Source: Eledone cirrhosa (taxonomy: Eukaryota). Taken from it: DNA of 64,000 nucleotides. Below the pieces are notes generated by a model. It saw only the letters and a program-made list of their open reading frames with translations. It was not told the DNA's origin and did no database searches. Below are positions 30,041 through 43,982 of this stretch, one piece after another. A program made the translations under genes and the position numbers. The stretch covers positions 6,200,001-6,264,000 of the forward strand of contig OZ024748.1 of NCBI GenBank assembly GCA_964016885.1. The letters run 5' to 3'. The first letter of the stretch is position 1. Every line of letters begins with the position of its first letter.

Positions 30041-30397
30041 GGTTTCTACTTTTGGCACAAGGCCAGCAATTATCCCAGTGTATTACTGGTACTTTATTTT
30101 ATCGACCCCGTCAGGATGAAAGGCAAAGTTATCCTCCACGGCAAGGGTCATAACTCTATGCGTCAAAGCATGGCATCCGACGCTCTACCGATACTGCCAA
30201 TCCACTAGGCACAAGGCCTACAGTTTTAGTAGGAGGTGATAGTCGATTAACTCGACACCAGTGCGTTACTGGTATTTTAATTTATCGACTTTGTAAGGAA
30301 AAATGGCAAAATTAAACCTCGACGGGATTTGAACTCAGAAGGTAAAGAGACGCTACTCTATCCTGCGAAGCTTGGTATCCAACGCTCTACCGATACC
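30041..30397 (-). mobile_element. Two tandem tRNA-derived SINEs
   Basis: Same family motifs as 14261-14443. Confidence 0.8.
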
Positions 30398-30610
30398 GTG
30401 TGATGATAATGGTGGTTATTATGCTGATAGTGATGGTGATGAACTGATATTGTCGATGATGATGCTAATATACTGTGAGTGACTGTAAGATTGAAGGCCT
30501 ATCAGGGGCCGTTTAGCACAACAGTTCAAGCAGTTAGCTGGTATCTGAAAGATATGGAGTCGATTCTTCACAGCCACTGTTGATCACATTTTATCGTCTC
30601 TCCCTACCAG

Positions 30611-32716
30611 AAACATGTTTGATTTTTTGAGAATATCACATCACCGTTCTGCCCAGTCAACCAACCACAATGTCACCCACACTGTCACCCACACTGTCAC
30701 CCACACTGTCACGCACACTGTCACCCACACAACACCTCAGATAACAACTCAGAAATCTACTCAGACAACTACCGACACATGCACTCGGTCATTACCCACA
30801 CACAACCACTGACACAGCCCCACACACAACCACTGACACAGCCCCACAGACAACCACTGACACAGCCCCACAGACAACTGCTGACACAGCCCCATAGACA
30901 ACCACTGACACAGCCCCACACACAACTACTGACACAGCCCCACAGACAACTGCTGACACAGCCCCACAGACAACTACTGACACAGCCCCACACACAACCA
31001 CTGACACAGCCCCACAGACAACCACTGACACAGCCCCACAGACAACTGCTGACACAGCCCCATAGACAACCACTGACACAGCCCCACACACAACTACTGA
31101 CACAGCCCCACAGACAACTACTGACACAGCCCCACAGACAACTACTGACACAGCCCCACAGACAACCACTGACACAGCCCCACAGACAACTGGTGACACA
31201 GCCCCACAGACAACTACAGACACAGCCCCACAGACAACCACTGACACAGCCCCACAGACAACTACAGACACAGCCCCACAGACAGCCCCACAGACAACTA
31301 CAGACACAGCCCCACAGACAACTGGTGACACAGCCCCACAGACAACTACAGACACAGCCCCACAGACAACTGCAGACACAGCCCCACAGACAACCACTGA
31401 CACAACCCCACAGACAACTGTAGACACAGCCCCACAGACAACTGACACCGCCCCACACACAACCACTGACACAGCCCCACAGACAACTGGTGACACAGCC
31501 CCACACACAACCCGTGACACAGCCCCACAGACAACCACTGACACAGCCCCACAGACAACTGGTGACACAGCCCCACAGACAACCACTGACACAGCCCCAC
31601 AGACAACTGGTGACACAGCCCCACAGACAACTACAGACACAGCCCCACAGACAACCACTGACACAGCCCCACAGACAACCACTGACACAGCCCCACAGAC
31701 AACTACTGACACAGCCCCACAGAAAACTACTGACACAGCCCCACAGACAACCACTGACACAGCCCCACAGACAACCACTGACACAGCCCCACAGACAACT
31801 GGTGACAGCCCCACAGACAACTACAGACACAGCCCCACAGACAACCACTGACACAGCCCCACAGACAACTACTGACACAGCCCCACAGACAACTACAGAC
31901 ACAGCCCCACAGACAACTGACACAGCCCCACAGTCAACTACTGATACAGCCCCACAGACAACCACTGACACAGCCCCACAGACAACTGGTGACACAGCCC
32001 CACAGACAACCACTGACACAGCCCCACAGACAACTGCTGACACAGCCCCACAGACAACTACTGACACAGCCCCACAGACAACCACTGACACAGCCCCACA
32101 GACAACTACTGACACAGCCCCACAGACAACTGTAGACACAGCCCCACAGACAACTGCTGACACAGCCCCACAGACAACTGGCAGCACAGCCCCACAGACT
32201 ACCACTGACACAGCCCCACAGACAACTGGTGACACAGCCCCACAGACAACTACTGACACAGCCCCACAGACAACTACTGACACAGCCCCACAGAAAACTA
32301 CTGACACAGCCCCACAGACAACTACTGACACAGCCCCACAGACAACTGGTGACACAGCCCCACAGACTACCACTGACACAGCCCCACAGACAACTGGTGA
32401 CACAGCCCCACAGACAACTACTGACACAGCCCCACAGACAACTGCTGACACAGCCCCACAGACAACTGGCAGCACAGCCCCACAGACTACCACTGACACA
32501 GCCCCACAGACAACTGGTGACACAGCCCCACAGACAACTACTGACACAGCCCCACAGACAACTGCTGACACAGCCCCACAGACAACTGGCAGCACAGCCC
32601 CACAGACTACCACTGACACAGCCCCACAGACAACTGGTGACACAGCCCCACAGACAACCACTGACACAGCCCCACAGACAATGTTGACCGAATCAACCAA
32701 TCAACCACACACATAG
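30611..32716 (+). pseudogene. Mucin-like Thr-rich exon built from a 24-bp repeat (TAPQTTTD)n, disrupted
   Basis: Acceptor ctctccctaccag at 30610; (VTHT)n lead-in; roughly 80 units of acagccccacagacaactactgac; two CAG>TAG units (near 30895 and 31063) and frameshifts near 30795 and 31805. Confidence 0.5.
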
Positions 32717-32721
32717 CCATC

Positions 32722-33600
32722 TATACACCACTATATACACCACTATATACACCGCTATATACACCACTATATACACCACTATATACCCCACTATATACAC
32801 CACTATATACACCACTATACACCACTATACATCAGCACTATATACACCACTATATAGCCCACTATATACAACACTATACACCACTATATACACCACTATA
32901 TACACCACTATATACACCACTATATACACCACTATACACCAATATATACACCACTATATACACCACTATATACATCATTATACACCTCTATATACACCAC
33001 TATACACCACTATATACACCATTATATACACCCCTATATACACCACTATTTGCACCACTATATACACCACTGTATAACGCCACTATACACCACCATACAC
33101 ACCACTGTACACCACCATATAGACCACCATATACACCACTATATACACCACTATATACACCACTATATGCACCATTATATATACCACTATATACACCACT
33201 ATACACCATTATATACACCACTATACACCACCATATATACCACTATATAAAACAAAATATACACCACTATATGCACCACTATATATCCCACTATATACAC
33301 CACCATACACACCACCATATACATCAACATTTACAACCACCATATACACCACTATATACACCACTATATACACCACTATATACACCACTATATACACCAC
33401 TATATAGACCACCATATACACCACTATATACAACACTATACACCACCAACCACCATATACACCACTATATACACCACTATACACCACCACCACCAACTAT
33501 ATACACACACTATATACACCACTATACACCACCACTATATAAACCACCATATACACCACTATATACACAACTATATATACCACAATACACATCACTATAT
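32722..33600. repeat. 12-bp minisatellite (tatatacaccac)n
   Basis: Tandem units of 10-13 bp. Confidence 0.9.
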
Positions 33601-33934
33601 GGTGGCTGCCAACTCGTTTTCGAGTACGGCCACTACTTTATATCCATGTAGGAGAACCCCTACCGATGGACTGAACGAGTGTGACTTTTTAGTCCAGCCA
33701 GCGACTTGAAAACTCTGGTACAAACGCTACACTTGTCACAATTATTGACACATAGTGCTGGGTCCATGGTACCATGTGACCACAAGTGCAGAGAGATCTC
33801 CAGATATAAAGCAATGTCTGTGTCGTGAAGCTTTTATAGTGAGTAAAGGCACTGCACAAAGCCAGTCCCACTCTCTTAACCAAGATGATATTTACCAAAA
33901 AGAATAACAAGTCAACATCATTGGATACCATCAG
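33601..33934 (-). mobile_element. RTE-like retroelement 3' fragment, copy 1
   Basis: Minus strand ends in [23 protein letters not shown] (C2H2-like), terminal stem-loop actcg-aaaa-cgagt; closely matches 46668-47001. Confidence 0.7.
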
Positions 33935-35186
33935 ATATATACATATATACATATATATATACATACATACATACACAGCAACGCAAACACACACAAATGT
34001 ACATCTTGACATTGCCTTCACCCCTTCACATTACCTCCCCACACACCTCACCACCTCATTTCCCCCTACATCCCCCACCACCAGACCCAACACATATCCC
34101 CCACAGCAGCACACAACCTCGCAACACACCACCCCAGCACAACATAACCTTCCAGCACAACATAACCTTCCACCACTACTATCCCCCCACCACCAACCAC
34201 CCCACCATCACACACGTGGAAATAGAAGAATAATGGCCTGCATTGTAGAGTAAAGGAAGCTGCAAGAGGAAACGCCATACATCTGTAGGAAACAAGCCAG
34301 TGTTGAGACTGGCATTTCTCTCTTGTCCAAAATATGGCGATTACAACTTGAAATTCCACAGACAGCAAACATTATAGATTAGCTATTCTTAGAAAACTCC
34401 TATATTTTACAAATTTGGGGGGAGGAAAAAGCTTGCTCGGGTTTTGGCAGCTCAATAAATTTTCCTTGACGAATCGGCAACTTCCCCTAGAATATTCAAT
34501 TGCTAGAAAAAGCTCTGGTCAAACGGTCAGTTCGCCATAAATCATTGCATACCAACCAATTCTTGTCCACTATACTTACTTAGTATTTCAGCCAACCGGA
34601 CAGGGAGAGAGTTCGAATTCTCTTCCTTGGTCAGGATGTAGGAAATATAGAAGAAAAAGAAAAATTACAAAAATACTCCGAACGTTAAGCCTCGATATTT
34701 TTTTTAGTCAAAGTATTTTGTCAATTAGAAGGTTTGTTGCTGCGACTACTGCTGCTACTACTGTGCTGCTTCAACGATCTGTGTGTGTGTGTATATAACG
34801 AAGGAAGTGTGGTAAGGAACCAGGTGGACCATAACGCACCAGCCGTCGAAACGGCTTGAACTCTGCCGTCGGGCTCTTGAACATTTTCCTATGTGTGCAT
34901 ATATATATATGTGCGCCGAAACATCCGTGACTCGTAGTAATCTACTGACGAAGGGAGACTGTCCATCTCTTGTTTGTGTCTCCTTAACTTCTAACATCGG
35001 TTATCAGTAATCACACAGCCCCTCCTCTCATCCATATATATATATATATCCGTAGTAAGTATAGCAACCAGTCCATAGGACCAGTTCGGTATATAATTAG
35101 TTTCACAACATATTAACAAACCATCTTCAGGGACACGTGTTTCACCCAACTGATTTTCAACTCGAGTCGAAAACCTATGGAGAGAG

Positions 35187-35222
<36 letters not shown>

Positions 35223-35227
35223 AAAGA

Positions 35228-35277
<50 letters not shown>

Positions 35278-35780
35278 TTAAACTGTGGGTAAATGAAGTG
35301 GCTTCTATACAAATCGTGTTATATAAGGAAAGGATGATTTTGTTATATATTCAGATTCCATCAACCACCGGTAACGTCTTTCTACCACCAACTAATTCCA
35401 CCAACACCACGACAAACTATTAACACCTAATACATTACCTTCAGACTACTAATGTTGTTAGTTAATTAATATCACGTTAATTAATTGGTGTTTGAAATTT
35501 TTATTTAATTAACAGATTCTCAGTTATCTATTTATTTATTTATTGCTTGTTTATTTATTTATTCATATATGTTTTTTTATTATTATTTTTTTACCAGAAC
35601 TGGTTCAAAAAGCAATTTCAATTAAAGTTAAGCGTTAATTGCACGATAATTAATTATTGGTTGAAAATGTCTTCATTGGATAAATTGTGCGGTAATTGTT
35701 TTTAAATAAGTAATTAATCCATATTTATTTTTAAATGGTTGAAATGTCTCTTTGGTATAGACGTCTATAATGTTGAACAT

Positions 35781-36162
35781 TACTAGAGGGTTGCTGAGAA
35801 GTTCCTGGCTCTGGGTAAAAGGAGACAGAGGAGGATAAGTTAATTATGCAAACCTGTCAACCTCTAAAAACCCAAACAGGGACGACCATGAAAAAAAAAG
35901 TACCCCAAAACAGGGAGAAACGAGGCAAAATGGAGGGATTTTATATAATGGAAGCTATGTCCTTTCACACAAGAGAAGACATCTCTCACCCACCTTAAAG
36001 TGGGTGGAAGATCTTCCCGTCCGACGGGGAGAGTTGACAGGTCTGATTATGATCTTATTCAACACACTCCCCTCTTAGATTCACTCACATATTGCAGCGG
36101 TCCTTCAATTTTTCTAAGCTCCGTAAAAAGAACTCGGAAAGTTGGTCCTCCAACCAAACCTC
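35781..36162 (-). mobile_element. Mariner transposon 3' remnant
   Basis: TIR-like gagggttgctgagaagttcctggc; 36162-36056 translates EVWLEDQLSEFFLRSLEKLKDRCNM*VNLRGECVE*, resembling a mariner transposase C-terminus. Confidence 0.75.
35849..36045. mobile_element. 197-bp MITE nested in the mariner remnant
   Basis: TIRs caaacctgtcaac / gttgacaggtctg; 6-bp TSD attatg at 35843-35848 and 36046-36051. Confidence 0.85.
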
Positions 36163-36425
36163 TGTAGCAGTGATCAATCCAGTAACCATACAGCACAGCC
36201 TCGTATTTAATCTTTGTAGTCTATGATTGTTATGTAACATATATCAGGATTACAGGATATATGAACAGTCATACAAACTGAGAAATCAATGGTTTGCGTA
36301 AGAGAAATGCTATAGATTTTATTACATTCTTACACGTTAAAATGTTTAAAGCTAATCTTTTAATAATTTATTTCTATGATACTATTACATAAATATTTAC
36401 TATATATGTATAAATGATATACTGG

Positions 36426-36560
<135 letters not shown>

Positions 36561-36595
36561 ACAATGGAACGGGAACAAAACAGAGAGGCAGTACG

Positions 36596-36643
<48 letters not shown>

Positions 36644-37704
36644 TAACTTTGGAGAAATATCTGTTTACAGAGACAAATGTAGGATTAGAATCCAGGACTT
36701 TTTGAACAGAAAGATAATTTCTCAATTGTAGAAAGATAATGATGACAGGAGTTCAAATCTTGCCGAAGTTAGCGTTTGCCTTTCATCTTTACAGTATCGA
36801 TAAAATGAAGTACCAGTCACGTACTGAGGTCGATGTAATCGACTTTCCCATCCTCTAAAATTGTTAGGCTTTTACCTTTGTAAAAAATCATTATTGACGA
36901 CACGGGTTCACTAGTAATAAATAAAATTAAAATAAACACTGCGTCTAAATAAATAATACAATATATAAAACAAACACGAGTAAATATATATGTAAACAAA
37001 ACCCTAAACAAACAGACAGACAAACAGATAAACATACAAACAGACAGAGAGACACGTGATTCATTTATTCTATTCATTGATTCATTAAATTCTATGTCGA
37101 GACTAATGAGAAACGACTCAGTGTAAAGCGTGTGGGATGTTTGCATACATCATGACATAAACTATCTTCTTCTCCGCTAAGACCACCATTACACGTGTTT
37201 CCCCTCCCCATACTCTCTCTCTCTCTCTCTCCCTCTCTCTCTCTATCTCCCTCTCTCTCTTAAAATGTGGTTTTGTATCGGTTTAAATTCTCTTTCTGCT
37301 TTTGTTAATTTCTTTCTGCATTTTTTCTTTCGCCTTCTTTCTTTCTCTCTTACATTTACATTCTATCTCTTTCTTTCTTAGTCTTTCTTTTTCTCTTTCT
37401 TTCATTCGTTTTTCTCTGTCTTTTTCCTTTCAGTCATTCCCTTTCATCAACTATATTATTTTATTTTTCCACGGTCATGCTGGGGCACCATCCTTAGTGG
37501 ATTCTAAGTCCATATCTTCCGAAGTTCTGCAAGTGTTGTTAACCAATGATCAATATATAAATTTGTGTATTCACTTAATTGATTTACTTTATCGATCTAT
37601 AACTGTGGAAGTGCTGTGTTACGCTTGACCAAGAAAACGTCGTGGAATCGAAATCGGAATTATGTTGATAAGAATTAAACTTCTAAAATACTTAAGTTCA
37701 CACA

Positions 37705-37804
<100 letters not shown>

Positions 37805-37892
37805 GTAATATAAAAAATTTGAAGACTAAAATCCAAAGAGGGCTCAATAAGGATTAAATGTATATCAAATATATAAGAACCTTAGAGCAAAT

Positions 37893-38072
37893 ATTTATTA
37901 AAATAACAGATTGAAGTTTAAGCAAAGAATCGCTGCTTTCACCCTTAACGGGATCTTCTGAAACTAACAAAGTCAATGTGCGTTCACAGATTGACTTTGT
38001 TAGTTTCAGAAGATCCCGTTAAAGGTGAAAGCAGCGATTCTTTGCTTAAACTTTAATCTGTTATTTTAATAA
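37893..38072. mobile_element. Family C palindromic insertion next to (TA)n
   Basis: aaataacagatt...gaaactaacaaagtcaat mirrored by attgactttgttagtttc...aatctgttattt; related pieces near 28716-28790, 43255 and 43620. Confidence 0.8.
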
Positions 38073-38123
38073 ATATATATATATATATATATGAGTATGT
38101 ATATGTAAGGATTTAGAGAGAAA

Positions 38124-38201
<78 letters not shown>

Positions 38202-38316
38202 GCATCCGTTGATGGGGTTTGATAGCGGACCATCAGACTGGTGAGGGTGAGTCCAAGAGAAATCTGAGGACTTAAAAGAAAGAAACACATATACACACAC
38301 ATCTATCAATCTATCT

Positions 38317-38391
<75 letters not shown>

Positions 38392-38462
38392 ATGTTCGAA
38401 TCTAGCTGCCGAAACGGCCGGAGCTCAGCAGTCAGGGTCCTGATTCTTTTCCTATTTCCCAC

Positions 38463-38501
<39 letters not shown>

Positions 38502-38679
38502 TATATATATATATATATATATAACGAAGGAAATGTGGTAAGGAACCAGGTGGACCATAACGCACCAAAGTACTCAATACTTGAGGTAGTAGAGTGGGTA
38601 ATAGGAACCAGTAAGACCCCGACAGCTGAGCTCAAGCCGTCGAAACGGCTTGAGCTCAGCTGTCGGGGTCTTACTGGTT

Positions 38680-38683
<4 letters not shown>
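38392..38683. mobile_element. Family A fragments including a perfect palindrome
   Basis: taggaaccagtaagaccccgacagctgagctcaagccgt-cgaa-acggcttgagctcagctgtcggggtcttactggttccta. Confidence 0.8.
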
Positions 38684-38730
<47 letters not shown>

Positions 38731-39544
38731 TATATATATATATATATATACACATACACAAACGAATCTAAGGTTCCCAAATTCTTTCCCTTTATCTTTC
38801 AGGCCTACCCCCCTCCTCCATTCTCCTTCTCTCTCCTTCTCAAGCCCCCCCCCCCCCCTCTCTCTCTCTCTCTGTTACACACACAAGCTACATTTCCACT
38901 CAATCAATGTCAAACCTGAGAAGTAGTTCGGAAATAGATATCCAAATATATTATTTCTTCACAAGTAATTCCTTGAGAAATAAATAAGGTTTAGCTCGCC
39001 TACACACAAACACACACACACACACACGCACGCCCACAAAGACTCACACACAAACACACACTAACACACACACACCTCCACAAAGACACACACACACAAG
39101 CACACACACACGTCCACAAAGACACACACACAAACACACACACACGTCCACAGTGTCTCCCAAACACACACACACACACACGCCCGCGTCCACAAAGACT
39201 CACACACACAAACACACACGTCCACAAAGTCTCACACACAAACACACACACACGCACACGTACACACAAACACACACAGACGTTGCTGTTTGTATTCAGC
39301 TCACAAACCAGTAAGCTTCATTGGTTGACAAGTGAGAGAATAGAGAGAAAGGGTGGGGAACGACACTTTGCCTTTCCAATTGGCCAACCAGCTCACATTA
39401 TTCAACAACACCGTGAGCATGCGTACTTGGTAATTATAGCTGTAAGATCCAAGTATGTTTTTGTTTATATATATATGGAATTAGGTGTATATCTGTGTCT
39501 CATGTTGATCTCTTTCTCTCTCTGTCTCTGCCTCTGTCTCTCTT

Positions 39545-39714
<170 letters not shown>

Positions 39715-39742
39715 CACATGTAGATATACATACATATATATG

Positions 39743-39780
<38 letters not shown>

Positions 39781-39972
39781 CACATATATATATATACACA
39801 CACACATACACACATATATATATATATACATACATGAATATTCTTATATTATTTTACTGGTTTCACTCATTAAACTGCGAACTTACGCCTGGTCATCACT
39901 TCATTTAATTTCTATATATTTGATACTTGTTTTATCGGTCACTCACATACTCAAGTACATTACACGCACACG

Positions 39973-40121
<149 letters not shown>

Positions 40122-40174
40122 ATTTAAAACTGCACTATCCACAAGTGTTTTTTAGCCTTCATATCATGTTCTCC

Positions 40175-40245
40175 TGTTTTGTCTGATGAAAACACAAATA
40201 TTATTGCTTGATGATGTTTGTTTTTGAAATGCGCATAATAAAATA
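40175..40245 (+). ncRNA. Hammerhead ribozyme, distinct family
   Basis: tgttttgt-CTGATGA-AAACACAAATATTATT-GCTT-GATGATGTTTGTTTTT-GAAAT-GCGC-ATA-ataaaata; palindromic stem III ATGCGCAT. Confidence 0.8.
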
Positions 40246-40275
40246 TATGGAACTCCTTTAACCATCTTTTGATCT

Positions 40276-40317
<42 letters not shown>

Positions 40318-40345
40318 ATATATATATATTGACTTTTTTTCCCAG

Positions 40346-40652
40346 ATCAACTTCAGAATTTTCTGTTGCATCGCAACACTACTTTTGCTCACTAACCCAT
40401 CTATATGAATTACATGACAGTCATCTTATGGTAAACTGTCAACAGGATTTCTCGTTGGAAGACTGCCTTACATGGGACTGGAGCCTGTCGCAGGCTCCAA
40501 GACTGACCTGATCTCCGCCTGGTGACAATATCATTGAAACTTCGTTTGAAGTGAGAGAAGAATGTCACAACCTACCAGACACTTGCTGTAAGGAAGCTAA
40601 GAACTACCACAACAGCGGAACGGTACCAGTTACAACCGAAGAATATGTTTCA
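40346..40652 (+). other. Exon-like segment with strong splice sites, coding status unclear
   Basis: Acceptor tttttttcccag and donor gtaagt; best frame has one TGA; first part duplicated at 54676-54766. Confidence 0.35.
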
Positions 40653-41475
40653 GTAAGTTAGTTAAGGGACATAGTACTTCAAGATTGTTGCTGCTCTGTT
40701 GAATCACTTAAATAAATACGAAAATTTTGTAGTCGAAATTTTAAAGATGAAAAATTCATTAAAAAAAATCTAAATTATTTTTGTTGCTATTTTCTACATT
40801 TTATAAATTCCCACACAGTATAGACATTTTTCTCAAAAGACACTAAATATTTCTACACGCTTCACATTTCGTTTGAAGTAAATACAATGGGTTGAGGCGG
40901 GACATAACTAGTTTACTAGTTAACTGTTAACAAATGTGAATCCTGTAGCATTGGGAAAGTCTGGCTTTCTTGGCCTTCGACCACTTCCTTACTTACTAAT
41001 ATCGGGTCGGAGTTTCCCACCTGCAGGAACGAGCTCCACCAGTTGGAATAGCGATTTCAACGCATTTCTATCGGCATCCCTTGAGGGCAACACATTCTGT
41101 CCGCTGGAGGACCCCGAAGTGGCGTGCGCTTGGGACCAAACACACTAGAGAATGCTTTCCCACAACACACCAGCATCTCTCGGGTAGAAAGGGGTTGTAC
41201 TGTTACTTATGGGACACATTGTATTTTGCTTTAACTGTGTGTTTAATTATTAGCCATATTTTAAGATCAACCCTGTTGCTCCCCAAGGAAGAGTAGAATG
41301 TACTTTAATATTTCTGTTGCTTTCAATTCAAAATAAAAAGTTGAAAAGTAGAAATATGTACCCAATGTTATTATTAGTCTAATATTACTCTATTACGTAT
41401 TCGAGTTGAAAGGCTCAGGCCATGTTGGATTACAGCCATTTGAAAGAAAAGAAATCGAAATATACTAAAAATAAT

Positions 41476-41548
41476 CATCTCTGGTGGGATTCGAACCCAT
41501 GGCCATTGGATTAGAAGTCTAGCGCGCTATCCCCTGCGCTACAGAGAC
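41476..41548 (-). tRNA. tRNA-Arg(UCU), intronless, possibly degenerate
   Basis: GTCTCTG-TA-GCGC-AGGGGATA-GCGC-G-CTAGA-CTTCTAA-TCCAA-TGGCC-ATGGG-TTCGAAT-CCCAC-CAGAGAT-G, 73 nt, T5 run downstream; two anticodon-stem and one T-stem mismatches. Confidence 0.85.
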
Positions 41549-42137
41549 TGATATGTTTTACATTCATTTTTTTTTTAAATACATAACCACAGTGATAATA
41601 AACTTTATGCCAAAAATAATACATCGACAATTCATGTAAGATTTTGTATTGATACATTGAACATTGAATATGGCAGCCGTTTGCAGCCACGCTATTATTA
41701 GTGTCTGTTATTTCTTAATCAATATGCTAATAGTATCCTATCCAATATATTACATGTTGCTGGATATGCAAGTTAATTTAATTATTCATGTTCTTCCAAT
41801 GACTAAAATTATGACTAGTATTATGACGAGTGTTATGGCATCAACGACATCGTATCTTTGAAAAAGGATGCGGTTCAAATAACATGCAATTATAAAGAAC
41901 GTAAATTGAGCTAGCGTTACAAGTGCAATACTACGATGTGCGAATTTGCATGCCAGCAATGTGGCTGAAGAGGTAATATTGAGCTGTCTGTACATCTTAT
42001 ATAATTGTTGGCAAGAAAGATAAAGAGAGAGAGAGAGAGAGGGTGAGAGAGAGAGATAGAATAAGGGAGATAGATATAGATGGATAGATAGATAGATAGA
42101 TAGATAGGTAGATAGATAGAGAGAGAGACTTAGATAG

Positions 42138-42234
<97 letters not shown>

Positions 42235-42432
42235 TAGAGGGAGGGAGAGAGAGAAAGAGTGAGAGAGAGAGAGATCCTTAACCATACGCAGTGTGCTGTA
42301 TCTTTAAGGAGGTTGCTTCATACCCACCTTGTCTTGGTTTCATTCCCTCTCGCATGGTTTCTTCTACTATAACTTTAGGATCACTGTTTTATTGGTGGAA
42401 CTTTGTTGAAGGAAACTGCAGAAGCAGTTATA

Positions 42433-42479
<47 letters not shown>

Positions 42480-42618
42480 ACTGTCTCGCTCGTTCCCCTT
42501 ATTTACGTGTCCCAACGACTTTCTTTAGCCGTTGCTCGCACCAACCGGTGGTATATGGTCTTTAAAGCGATGAAATACCAATGAAGGTTGGAAGATCACT
42601 GATGAAGGACTAAATTTA

Positions 42619-42672
<54 letters not shown>

Positions 42673-42673
<1 letters not shown>

Positions 42674-42749
42674 TGGGTGTCCTAATATAATTGACATCAT
42701 TTCATAGTCTAATAACAGCCAATTCTTTCAAATTTTTTGGGACACCCTG
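42673..42749. mobile_element. Tiny Tc1/mariner-type MITE in (TA)n
   Basis: ctgggtgtcc...ggacaccctg ends with TA flanks. Confidence 0.6.
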
Positions 42750-42800
42750 TATATATATATATATAGTAATATATATATATATATTACTATATATATATAT

Positions 42801-42886
<86 letters not shown>

Positions 42887-42900
42887 CTATATATATATAT

Positions 42901-43214
42901 AACAAAGGAAATGTCGTAAGGAACCAGATGGACCATAACGCACCAGAGTACTCAATGCTTAGGGTAGTAGAGTGGGAAATAGGAAAAAGTATGACCCCCG
43001 ACGGCAGAAGTCAAGCCGTTGCGACGGCTATTTCTGAACTCAGTCCAGAAATATATACTTTTTCATATATATATATATATAACGGAAGAAATGTGGTAAG
43101 GAACCAGGTGGACCATAACGCACCAAAGTACTCAATACTTAGGGTAGTAGAGTGGGTAATAGGAACGAGTAGGACCCCGACGGCTGAGCTCAAGCCGTCG
43201 GGGTCCTACTCGTT

Positions 43215-43218
<4 letters not shown>
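42901..43218. mobile_element. Two tandem family A elements
   Basis: 42901-43052 and 43081-43218, both with aaggaaccag.tggaccataacgcacca..gtactcaat and a fold-back end. Confidence 0.8.
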
Positions 43219-43261
<43 letters not shown>

Positions 43262-43401
43262 GATTAAAATTTAAGCAAAGTTTAATATATATATATCTAT
43301 TATTACTATATACGATATTAAACACCAAATCAACTTTTTAAAAGGAAGTTGCATTATTACAAGGTATGTCACTAATTATTTATAAAACAGCTTATGTATT
43401 G

Positions 43402-43467
43402 TATTTTGTCTGAGGAAGGCATAACATATTTTTAATATGATATCCCAGAAATATATATAACGAAATA
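43402..43467 (+). ncRNA. Hammerhead ribozyme, family B
   Basis: tattttgt-CTGAGGA-AGGCATAACATATT..AATATGATATCCCA-GAAAT-ATAT-ATA-acgaaata; G-C pair in stem I where the 27295 copy has A-U. Confidence 0.75.
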
Positions 43468-43663
43468 AATATGGTTTTATAAATATAGTTTCCATTTGTT
43501 TAATATCGTAAACCTACTCCAGAAATTGTCGAGTGCTTTTATATCAGTTATAAAATATTTACTCGTTGTAACCCAACAATCTTAAATAAAACTTTTGCAT
43601 ATATTATTACTATATATATATATTAAACTTTGCTTAAATTTTAATCTGTTATTTTAATAATAA

Positions 43664-43696
<33 letters not shown>

Positions 43697-43982
43697 CGCG
43701 CGTATATGTGTGTGCGTGTGTGCTTGTATGATTGTGTGAGAGCGCGTGTTTAGAAAAACACATTCATGAGAGAAAAGAGAGAGAGAGAGAGAGGGTTTGA
43801 GAGAGAGAGAGAGAGAGAGAGAACCAGACAGACGGAGTCATACTATCAAAGTTCAATCGATATATAATACACTGATTTTAATCTATTTTTCTTCTCCCTT
43901 TTCTTTCTTTTGTCCACAAAATAACAGGCGACGCCTCCCATTCGTGTCTCTTTATCCTGCTAGAAATAACAACAGATACTAT

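Noticed and set aside
30796-32680. CRISPR-like appearance of the regular repeat
   Set aside because: Units are contiguous with no unique spacers; eukaryotic context with no cas genes
30769-32700. 643-aa minus-strand Cys/Val/Gly ORF and the PHRQ-frame ORFs
   Set aside because: Shadow frames of the 24-bp repeat; the peptide register changes mid-ORF and synonymous bias favours the plus TAPQ frame
32722-33600. Gly/Tyr-rich (GVYS, GGLY) suckerin-like or His-rich reading of the 12-bp repeat
   Set aside because: Frequent 10- and 13-bp units break every frame; no signal peptide or splice context
34915-34990. GAAAC...CTGACGA arrangement resembling a type II hammerhead
   Set aside because: Stem III does not pair and the stem after the core is not followed by GAAA
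40936-41200. GC-richer segment open on both strands with a possible minus-strand gtaagt donor
   Set aside because: No recognisable protein, weak acceptor and ambiguous strand; not supportable as CDS
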